50,998 nucleotides of DNA from a virus (taxonomy: Duplodnaviria > Caudoviricetes): positions 1 to 50,998 of the IMG/VR virus record IMGVR_UViG_3300037424_003017; one strand, written 5' to 3'. The notes beneath the pieces were generated by a model that ran no database searches, was not told the origin of the DNA, and saw only the letters and a list, made by a program, of their open reading frames with translations. Shown piece after piece: positions 36,328 through 43,779 of this stretch. Each line of letters begins with the position of its first letter. Within the stretch, counting starts at the first letter, position 1. The position numbers were made by a program, and so were the translations under genes.

Positions 36328-36588
36328 GTGGCTCAATTGACCTGCAAAACGAACTCCCCCCAGCGCTATGACGAAGTTAAGTACTTTGTTGGGATAAATA
36401 AATTCATCACTCACTCGATGATCGAGATAAAGTTCAATCTTCGCTACGTCGAGAGCAGGAATATCATCCATTCTCTTCAGGAGGATGGGATCATTTCAGA
36501 CGACTTCAACGTTGCCCAGGGTGGCTACGAGGTATTGAAGAAAACATACCACAGCCAACCGGAGCCGGCACTGGCACGCCGAGTATAA
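36328..36588 (+). CDS. stand-alone FtsK gamma-like winged-helix protein
   Basis: YDEVKYFV..ITHSMIEIKFNLRYVESRNIIHSLQEDGIIS..EVL follows the gamma-domain pattern. Confidence 0.6.
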   Translation: MAQLTCKTNSPQRYDEVKYFVGINKFITHSMIEIKFNLRYVESRNIIHSLQEDGIISDDFNVAQGGYEVLKKTYHSQPEPALARRV

Positions 36589-36592
36589 GACA

Positions 36593-36641
36593 AGATTGCA
36601 CAAAGGTACAACTAGCAGGGCATATTGCCAGATGCTAGAAT
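36593..36641 (+). promoter_or_regulatory. late promoter 2 (28-bp box plus extended -10)
   Basis: Exact copy of 24276-24303; TAGAAT 15 bp downstream, preceded by TGC. Confidence 0.7.
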
Positions 36642-36710
36642 GACATCAATCAAATAACAGGGTCTCCCATCTTCGATGGTGCGCCCGCTTCTAAGAAGGT
36701 TGTGCTTTAT

Positions 36711-36741
36711 GCCCGCCTTCGGGAAGCGGGCTTTTTGTTTT
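36711..36741 (+). terminator. intrinsic terminator-like hairpin in head-operon leader
   Basis: GCCCGC-CTTCGGGAA-GCGGGC-TTTTTGTTTT. Confidence 0.6.
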
Positions 36742-36792
36742 GACCCTGCCCCATACGCCGAACGTGATGGCGGCAAAAACACGGAGGAAGAA

Positions 36793-37425
36793 ATGCTTTT
36801 CGATCTGCAACGCAGGGGCTTGTACTTTGACAACGACGGTGGTTCAGGTGATTCCAAGACGGATGACAGCGCCGGGGACGATGCCGAGAAGAAAGATAAG
36901 ACGGCTGACGACCAAAAGACTGGTGATGACAGCAAAGAGAAGAAAGCTGAGGAGAAGAAATTCACCCAGGCTGATATCGATGCAGTCGTGAAGGAACGCC
37001 TTGAACGAGAGCGCAAGAAGGCAGAAGATGCCGCCGCCAAGGCTAAGAAAACAGCCGAGGAAGAATCGCTCAAGAAAAACCAGGAATGGCAGAAGCTGGC
37101 TGAAGACCGTGAGAAAGAGATCACGGAGCTGAAGCAAAGTGTAGCCGACTTCGAGTCGGTGAAAGCCTCTTCCGAGAAGTACAAGACGGCGCTCGAGGCG
37201 CAGTTGAAATCCCACAAGGAGAAACTGCCCAAACATATTGTGACGCTGATCGAAAAGATGGACCCCGTGGAGGCGATGGAATACATCAACGCCAATGCGG
37301 AAGCGCTGGGCGCAAAATTCGACACCTATAGTGATACGCCCAGAGAAAAAGAAAAGAAGCTGAGCGATGACGACCAGAAGCAGGCGGCGAGCGCCTCTGC
37401 ATCATTGATCAATCGCAGTTTCTAA
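36793..37425 (+). CDS. capsid scaffolding protein
   Basis: Acidic N-terminus, KKFTQADIDAVVKERLERE motif, coiled coil; GGAGG RBS. Confidence 0.85.
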   Translation: MLFDLQRRGLYFDNDGGSGDSKTDDSAGDDAEKKDKTADDQKTGDDSKEKKAEEKKFTQADIDAVVKERLERERKKAEDAAAKAKKTAEEESLKKNQEWQKLAEDREKEITELKQSVADFESVKASSEKYKTALEAQLKSHKEKLPKHIVTLIEKMDPVEAMEYINANAEALGAKFDTYSDTPREKEKKLSDDDQKQAASASASLINRSF

Positions 37426-37443
37426 CCCAAGGAGATTCACACC

Positions 37444-37875
37444 ATGGCAGACCTTTCATTGGTTACTGCAAATGAAATCAACGTTGTAGAGAGCTTCGAG
37501 CAAGCCACCATCAAGACAGAGGAAACCGTTCATCCTGGACAGGTTGGGCGTTTCGTTACGTCAACAGGGCTTGCCACCAAGAGCAACGCATCCAGCGCGG
37601 CTGAAGCCGCCGCTTATGGGCTTGCCACTGGGAAAGTTGCCAACGTTGCCGGAATGCCTGTCACTTTCATCCGTAAGGGAGTAGTGGACGGGTTCGATCT
37701 ATCCGGACTGAATTATTGGGCACCGGTCTACATCAGCATGACAGACGGTGCGTTGACTGATGCCGATCCTGACGTGTATGGCGAGAGCATCCTTGTAGGA
37801 CGCGTGATCCCCGCCAGTGCTGTCAACCTCGGTACCGCGTTCGATAAGCTCCTGCTTGTCGATTTCCCGCTGTAA
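37444..37875 (+). CDS. head decoration/cement protein
   Basis: Between scaffold and capsid genes; G..VYIS..DGAL pattern. Confidence 0.65.
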   Translation: MADLSLVTANEINVVESFEQATIKTEETVHPGQVGRFVTSTGLATKSNASSAAEAAAYGLATGKVANVAGMPVTFIRKGVVDGFDLSGLNYWAPVYISMTDGALTDADPDVYGESILVGRVIPASAVNLGTAFDKLLLVDFPL

Positions 37876-37890
37876 GGCAAGGAGAATATC

Positions 37891-38967
37891 ATGGCTAACC
37901 AATTGCTTTACGGTTTTATCAATATCAAAGACCTGGCGGCGCGCCGGGTTACCGAAGTGGGTGTACAGGTCGTGAGCGATGCAATCAACCAGGCTGTGGC
38001 TGAGCACAACCGTCAGATGGATGCGATCCTTTCGCTGTTTGCGACCCGCACCACCGAGTTCAAAACCAAGTTCAATTCGCCGACCATCGCCCGCCTGCAA
38101 GGGTTGGACGAGAACGGGCGCGCCCGCCCGCTCCGCTTTGCGGGTCAGTACGGTGTGGCGTTCCCGATCCAGGATGGCGGTGCGGCTTGGGGCATAACCT
38201 TCAAGGCACGTGAGAAGATGACCGTGCAGGAAGCGAACGATGCAACCGCCACGCTGATCAGCGCCGATGTACGCTGGGTGCGCGATCACATCCTTGCGGC
38301 ATTGTTTGCGAATGTCGCCTGGACCTTCAACGATCCGGAGCACGACGCCCTGACCATCGAAGGTCTGGCGAACAGCGATGCGGTGAAGTATCTGTTGCAG
38401 GCCGGTGCCGACGCCGGCGCGACCGATACGCACTACCTGGCGCAAGCCGCCGCGATCGCAGATGCGACCAACCCCTACCCCACGATCTACAGCGAGCTCA
38501 GTGAGCACCCTGAGAACGACGGTGAGGTGGTTGCCTTCATCCCCACCAACCTCAAAGCCACCACCGAAGCGCTTGCTACGTTCTACACCCAACGGGACCC
38601 GAACGTGCAGGATGGTTCCGGCGTCAGTGTGCTTTCCGGATCGCTGGGTATCCCCCTGCCCGGCGGAGCGCGCAGTCTGCTCGGCTATTCGGACAAGGTC
38701 TGGATCGCTGAATGGAAAGCTCTGCCCGATAACTATATCGTGGGCATGACCACCGGCGGCGAACGCGCTCTGCGTATGCGTGAAGAGCCCGAAACGAGCC
38801 TGCAAGGGTTCCGGCGCGTGGCTGAGCGCAACGACCATCCGTTCTACGAGAGCCAATGGCTCCGCAGTGCTGGCTTCGGTTCGTACAACCGTGTGGGTGC
38901 GTTGGTCTATCGTGTCAGCAATGGCAGTTATGCCATTCCGACCAACTACACCTCGCCGATGGCGTAG
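37891..38967 (+). CDS. major capsid protein
   Basis: 358 aa, position, strong RBS, biased codons, downstream hairpin. Confidence 0.8.
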   Translation: MANQLLYGFINIKDLAARRVTEVGVQVVSDAINQAVAEHNRQMDAILSLFATRTTEFKTKFNSPTIARLQGLDENGRARPLRFAGQYGVAFPIQDGGAAWGITFKAREKMTVQEANDATATLISADVRWVRDHILAALFANVAWTFNDPEHDALTIEGLANSDAVKYLLQAGADAGATDTHYLAQAAAIADATNPYPTIYSELSEHPENDGEVVAFIPTNLKATTEALATFYTQRDPNVQDGSGVSVLSGSLGIPLPGGARSLLGYSDKVWIAEWKALPDNYIVGMTTGGERALRMREEPETSLQGFRRVAERNDHPFYESQWLRSAGFGSYNRVGALVYRVSNGSYAIPTNYTSPMA

Positions 38968-38986
38968 CGATTCCCTCACATGATCC

Positions 38987-39020
38987 TTCCCCTCTCCCTG
39001 TTTCGATAGGGAGAGGGGAG
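38987..39020 (+). terminator. REP-like hairpin after capsid gene
   Basis: TCCCCTCTCCCT..AGGGAGAGGGGA. Confidence 0.55.
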
Positions 39021-39034
39021 ATTGAGGAATACAT

Positions 39035-39505
39035 ATGCACCCCACTACTCTCGCCAAACGCAAAGCCCTGGCATTGAATCAAATCGTCTTCTCAGCAGGA
39101 GCCCTCGCCCGCATTGCCGATCTCGATCCGGCTCTGATCCAGGGACTCAATCCCGCCCATGCCCGTGATGCCCACGTGCGGGATATGTTCGTCATGGAGG
39201 GCATTGCCCACCTATTGACCGCCCTGGGCGTGAGCGCCGGCGCGATCAAGGAAGAAGCGCCCGTTACGGTGGAAACACCTGCCCCGCCTATAACTCCCCC
39301 CATGGAGCCGACGACCACAGATGACATCCAGACCCCTGCCCCCACGCCCGACTCCTTTGAAGGTCTGCCGGAACCTGTGATCGGTGCTGCGGAAGATCCT
39401 GAAGCAGAAACCACTCCCGCCGTAGAAGACGAGCCGACGCCTATTGAAGAAGAAGCGCCCGTTGCCAAGCCGAAGCGGCGCACCAGTTCCCGGAAGAAAT
39501 CCTAA
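39035..39505 (+). CDS. hypothetical protein with Pro/Thr/Glu-rich tail
   Basis: GAGG RBS. Confidence 0.65.
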   Translation: MHPTTLAKRKALALNQIVFSAGALARIADLDPALIQGLNPAHARDAHVRDMFVMEGIAHLLTALGVSAGAIKEEAPVTVETPAPPITPPMEPTTTDDIQTPAPTPDSFEGLPEPVIGAAEDPEAETTPAVEDEPTPIEEEAPVAKPKRRTSSRKKS

Positions 39506-39507
39506 CC

Positions 39508-39951
39508 ATGACCGTTCCCGCCTCTTATACGGAGAAGACTCTCGCCGTCTATATGCAGACACAGTTGGGCAAGGTTGCCACGGTGCTGGCATTGACGGCT
39601 GGCGCAAGTTCTGCCGGCGACTTCGAAGAGGCTGTGAACGATACCTTGCTTGCCTACGGTACGACCGACATCTCCACCATCAGCGGTGTGTCCAACATCC
39701 AGAAACTGCGCGTGCTGGCGAAAATGACCGCCTGGCAATTTGTGGTAAACAACTTCGCGGCTCTGTATGACTTCTCCGCAGATGGCGGAAGTTATCACCG
39801 CAGTCAGTTGTTCGAACAGTCAAAGCAGGCTCTCAAGATGGCAGAGACAGCCGCCCTGCCCTATGACGCGGTGTACCAGGTCAAGATCATCCCTGTAGAC
39901 CACACCCAGAACCTGTATCGATACCGCCCTGAAGAAGAAACCGACGCCTGA
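39508..39951 (+). CDS. head-tail adaptor-like protein
   Basis: Position; DFSADGGSYHRSQ. Confidence 0.6.
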   Translation: MTVPASYTEKTLAVYMQTQLGKVATVLALTAGASSAGDFEEAVNDTLLAYGTTDISTISGVSNIQKLRVLAKMTAWQFVVNNFAALYDFSADGGSYHRSQLFEQSKQALKMAETAALPYDAVYQVKIIPVDHTQNLYRYRPEEETDA

Positions 39952-40934
39952 TGCGCGGATGGTTCCTGTGCATGAACTGGCAGGGCAAAGCCGACCGGTA
40001 TATCGATGCCCTTGCACAACATGGATGGCATGAGACGCTGACCTTCGGGAAGGCAGACTTCATCCTGAGTGACATGGATGCGCTGAGCCGAGTGGCGTTG
40101 ATGAGGCAGGCACACAAAAAGGCCAAGCCGATCTTTTTATACCCACATGCCGCACGCCCGATGATCCAATGGGATGGCATGTTCGAACCTTACAAACATA
40201 TCGCCGCGAATTTCGTGATCGCCGATGGACATGCAGAGGTGATGCGCCGGTACGGGTATCCCCATCCTGTGGATGTCTGCGGATGGACCTATTGCACCAT
40301 CCAGGCATTTCAGCCGACCTCTGGACGACGTGTGCTGTTCGGTCCCAACCACCCGAACCATAACGGATGGCTCTCCGATGTGGACATGACGACCAACCAC
40401 AGGACCTACGAGATCCTATTGAAGCTGGTGCGAGCTGGAGACATCGAGTTGACGGTTCAATACCTGCACAAGCTGGAAGAGAACGGCTTGTGGTACGAGC
40501 CGGAAGTAACCTTCCTGCAAAGCGTACCCAACCAATCAGTGGAGAGCATCGATGCCCATGACTTGGTCGTTTCGACACAAACCCTTGCCTACCTGGCAGT
40601 CGCACGAGGCAAGCCGACAGTGATGATGGGAGAACAGATCCCGCCACATGCCGGCGTAAACCCTGACTCGTTGCAGTTCGTCGCCTCGTGGGAGAAATAC
40701 AAAGACCTGTTGATGTACCCGCTGGATATTCTCGATACGGACGAGCCGTTTGCCCTGTTGCAGATGGCAAGCCGCATCGATGACCCGATCAGAGAATGGC
40801 GGCGGATGTTTATCGGAAAGCCGTTCGAGCCGGATCTGTTTTCAGGACGGATCGAACATTATCTGGAGAGAAGCGATGGACCAATATTGGAACCGCATTT
40901 GCGAAGCCGTTCAGAAGCTGGCACAACACCATAA
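39951..40934 (+). CDS. GT-B-like glycosyltransferase, paralog 3
   Basis: YPHAARP, DLVVSTQTLAYLAVARGKPTV and SWEKYKDLLMYP shared with paralog 1. Confidence 0.62.
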   Translation: MRGWFLCMNWQGKADRYIDALAQHGWHETLTFGKADFILSDMDALSRVALMRQAHKKAKPIFLYPHAARPMIQWDGMFEPYKHIAANFVIADGHAEVMRRYGYPHPVDVCGWTYCTIQAFQPTSGRRVLFGPNHPNHNGWLSDVDMTTNHRTYEILLKLVRAGDIELTVQYLHKLEENGLWYEPEVTFLQSVPNQSVESIDAHDLVVSTQTLAYLAVARGKPTVMMGEQIPPHAGVNPDSLQFVASWEKYKDLLMYPLDILDTDEPFALLQMASRIDDPIREWRRMFIGKPFEPDLFSGRIEHYLERSDGPILEPHLRSRSEAGTTP

Positions 40935-41247
40935 GGTTACCGTTCCGGCGAATCTTCTGTCGGTGACCGGCAATATGTGGGAACGGGACCGAATACGCCG
41001 GCAGGCACTGAATGAGTTTCTTGGGTTGATCAGGAGACCGTCCTATATACCAGACATGCCGTTGTGGGTAATCGCGGAACAGATGGATGGGCATGCACTC
41101 AAGACGATGATCCCGGAAATCGTGTCACCGACTACGCCGCCTGTCAATGAGGAAGAGATAGGCGAAGTCGTCGAGCCGGAAGGATTGATGACTGAGGTCA
41201 AACCAATACGCAGGCGCTGGAGCATGAAGAATAACTATGAGTCTTAG
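40876..41247 (+). CDS. hypothetical protein
   Basis: GGAG RBS; overlaps both neighbours. Confidence 0.5.
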   Translation: MDQYWNRICEAVQKLAQHHKVTVPANLLSVTGNMWERDRIRRQALNEFLGLIRRPSYIPDMPLWVIAEQMDGHALKTMIPEIVSPTTPPVNEEEIGEVVEPEGLMTEVKPIRRRWSMKNNYES

Positions 41248-41626
41248 TTTCAGTCCTGGTGAGTTATCGGATATGCGTTTTGACCAGGAAGCGCACATGA
41301 TGGATACCTGCCTGATCGCAGAGCCGACTTCCACAGAGGATGATTACAACAACGAGGTTGAGACCTTTACCTGGGCTAGTGCCCCGCAGGAAGTCTGTGG
41401 CTTCAATGGCAACCCCAGCCGGGAAGTCTTGAACCAGGTTCCGACGTCGGAAGCGATTGTGCGTGTCCCGATTACTAGAACGATCAGCAACCGTGCCCGT
41501 GTTCGGATCACAAAACGGTTTGGTGAAACAGAAGCCAGCCCGATCACCTATGAGGTGGTTGGAATGCCGCGAAGTGGTCCCAGCGGAAAACTGGTGTGGT
41601 TGAAGAAAGTGACGGACGGATCGTAA
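41237..41626 (+). CDS. head-closure/stopper-like protein
   Basis: Position; D.C.I...EDDYNNEV pattern. Confidence 0.6.
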   Translation: MSLSFSPGELSDMRFDQEAHMMDTCLIAEPTSTEDDYNNEVETFTWASAPQEVCGFNGNPSREVLNQVPTSEAIVRVPITRTISNRARVRITKRFGETEASPITYEVVGMPRSGPSGKLVWLKKVTDGS

Positions 41627-42045
41627 TGACTGACGCTTTGGTGAAGATCTTTATCGACTACGTGCTCGCAGAGGTGAACAACGTCTCTGACGAATATCTC
41701 TTTGCTGTTGCGCTCCAGATCGAAGCACAGACAAAGGTGAACATTCAGAAAAACGGACAGATCGATACGGGCTTCATGTTGAATTCCACCTATGCACTTT
41801 CACGGAAGAGCGACACCTTTGCCAATGCGAACCCGAGCGGTTCGTACAAGAACAGCAACGGAGAAACCGTAAAGCGTGCGATCGTTCCGCCTCCCCCACT
41901 TCCTGAGAAAGCACGTGCGGCAGTGGCGGTCGGCGCCGAGTATGCGATCTACCAGGAAGAGAAGAAGCCCTTTTTGTTTCCCGCGGCGGAAACTGTTGCA
42001 CGTGATCAAGGCGGATCTGCAAAGACTTCCTTCAGGAAACTGTAA
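41626..42045 (+). CDS. HK97 gp10-like neck protein
   Basis: IDTGFMLNS, AEYAIYQE, KPFLFPA. Confidence 0.75.
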   Translation: MTDALVKIFIDYVLAEVNNVSDEYLFAVALQIEAQTKVNIQKNGQIDTGFMLNSTYALSRKSDTFANANPSGSYKNSNGETVKRAIVPPPPLPEKARAAVAVGAEYAIYQEEKKPFLFPAAETVARDQGGSAKTSFRKL

Positions 42046-42443
42046 TGAGCACCGCCGACGAGACCAAGATCGTGCTTGATTTTCTGGAAGACCAGGCACC
42101 CATCCTGACTACATTCTCAACCCGCATCTGGGGAGATGCGGAACAACCCAAAGCCGGATACGTGCCAGCCAATGGACCGGCGATCTGCTTCAAGGTGCGA
42201 GGCGGAAGAGACGGAGACCCAGGCGTTTTGTTGGACCCGTCGTTCCAGTTCAAGATCTACGGCAATAGCGAAGTTATTGCACGAGGTGCGGCACGTACGC
42301 TGCACGATAACTTCGAGGCATTTGCAAATAAAGATATTTTGGCGGTGCGGCGAGAAACGTTGCCCGTGACATTACAAGAACCAGAAACAGATTGGATCTA
42401 CTGCCTGACCTTTTACCAGGTGATGGTCCGATCACTACCCTAA
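42045..42443 (+). CDS. tail terminator protein
   Basis: Position before the major tail gene; FQFKIYG. Confidence 0.65.
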   Translation: MSTADETKIVLDFLEDQAPILTTFSTRIWGDAEQPKAGYVPANGPAICFKVRGGRDGDPGVLLDPSFQFKIYGNSEVIARGAARTLHDNFEAFANKDILAVRRETLPVTLQEPETDWIYCLTFYQVMVRSLP

Positions 42444-42457
42444 GTAAGGAGATCGAT

Positions 42458-43060
42458 ATGGCTAACCCCTCTGTAGCAAATATTTTAAAAAGCGGCGCGG
42501 TCGCATGGCTGGCGCCAACCGGTGAAGCGTTCCCGGATGAGACCTCCATCGCCGCCGGCGCCGCATGGTCCGGCAACTGGGCAAGGCTCGGTTATACCAA
42601 GGAGCCGCTGAAGTTGATGTACGAGGATGAGCAACACGATATCGAAGTAGAGGAAGTCCTCATGGCTGTCGGTCGTAAAAAGATCGGCGAAACGGCCTCC
42701 ATCGAGACGGTGCTCTCGGAGTTGATCGCCGATTATTTACAAATGGCGCTCGATGGCGCCGTGACGACAACCGCGGCTGGCTCGGGTCAGAAGGGCTATG
42801 AGCAACTGCTCGCCGGTGATGACAGCGAGAAGACGATCTACACGATCGGCTTCGAGGGCATCCGCTACAACGATAGCGGGATCGCCCTGCCACTGCGCAT
42901 CGGGTTCTACCGTTGCACATTGCGCTTGAACGGTGAGTTGAAGTTCTCACGCCGTGACGACGATCACACCGGCATTCCTCTCCAGGCGCAGGCTCTTGGG
43001 CGCACGGATGCAGGACGCCCGATCTGGTTCCAACGTGTGACGGCGCCAGCAACTTCGTAA
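42458..43060 (+). CDS. major tail protein
   Basis: WARLGYTK motif, strong RBS, downstream hairpin. Confidence 0.78.
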   Translation: MANPSVANILKSGAVAWLAPTGEAFPDETSIAAGAAWSGNWARLGYTKEPLKLMYEDEQHDIEVEEVLMAVGRKKIGETASIETVLSELIADYLQMALDGAVTTTAAGSGQKGYEQLLAGDDSEKTIYTIGFEGIRYNDSGIALPLRIGFYRCTLRLNGELKFSRRDDDHTGIPLQAQALGRTDAGRPIWFQRVTAPATS

Positions 43061-43067
43061 ATAAGAA

Positions 43068-43097
43068 ATGAGGGGCGGGATAACCCCGCCCCTCATT
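43068..43097 (+). terminator. GC-rich hairpin after major tail gene
   Basis: ATGAGGGGCGGG-ATAAC-CCCGCCCCTCAT. Confidence 0.6.
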
Positions 43098-43120
43098 CAT
43101 CAGACGATCGAAAGGATGCC

Positions 43121-43594
43121 ATGAAAAGCACTACTGTAACGCTCGCCAGCAGAACTTATACAGTTGAAAGCCTGAAGTTCAAGGCTGAAAAAGCCTGGCG
43201 AAAAAAATACGATAAGCCGATCAGCGATCTAGTGTCTGCCATCTCCAACGTAAAAGAGCTTGCAACCAAAGAGTTCGACAAGTCTACCGACCTGCTTAAG
43301 GAAGTCAGCATGGTTATTTTGAAACACGCCGACGATCTGGTGAAAGCCATGCTTGACTCTCCAGATACCATGCTGGACGCAATTTGTGACTACTCGCCAG
43401 CACTGAAACTTGAACGTACATTCATCGAGGAAAACGCTTATCAGGACGAGATCGCCAAGGCATTTATCGAGGTATTGCAGATCGCATTCCCTTTTGGATC
43501 TTTGCTGGGTCTGGTGAAGAACTTTGGCCAGATGGAAAAACAGACTTCGCAGAACTCGCCCGATCCCAGTGGAGTATCTGGGAAGACGAGTTAG
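43121..43594 (+). CDS. tail assembly chaperone (G)
   Basis: Between major tail and tape measure genes; slippery site at 43489-43495. Confidence 0.75.
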   Translation: MKSTTVTLASRTYTVESLKFKAEKAWRKKYDKPISDLVSAISNVKELATKEFDKSTDLLKEVSMVILKHADDLVKAMLDSPDTMLDAICDYSPALKLERTFIEENAYQDEIAKAFIEVLQIAFPFGSLLGLVKNFGQMEKQTSQNSPDPSGVSGKTS

Positions 43595-43779
43595 ACGCTC
43601 TGGAAATGGAACTCATGAAGCATGCGTACATACGCCGCAAACGATGGGAATTCCGTGAGCAAGCGATCGCCATAGCTCAATTATTTGGCGGCGGCACAAA
43701 CACATCTAAAGGAAGTTATACGGCTGGTTATAAGGAAGTGTCCACCGATGAAATGCTCTCCAGAATAGGAATGAACTAA
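43492..43779 (+). CDS. tail assembly chaperone -1 frameshift extension (GT)
   Basis: -1 frame is open from C CCT TTT to TAA 43777-43779, which overlaps the tape-measure ATG. Confidence 0.65.
   Translation, partial: FWIFAGSGEELWPDGKTDFAELARSQWSIWEDELDALEMELMKHAYIRRKRWEFREQAIAIAQLFGGGTNTSKGSYTAGYKEVSTDEMLSRIGMN

Noticed and set aside
37699-39063. 454-aa minus-strand ORF (likewise 30429-31673)
   Set aside because: Antisense shadows of codon-biased capsid and portal-region genes.
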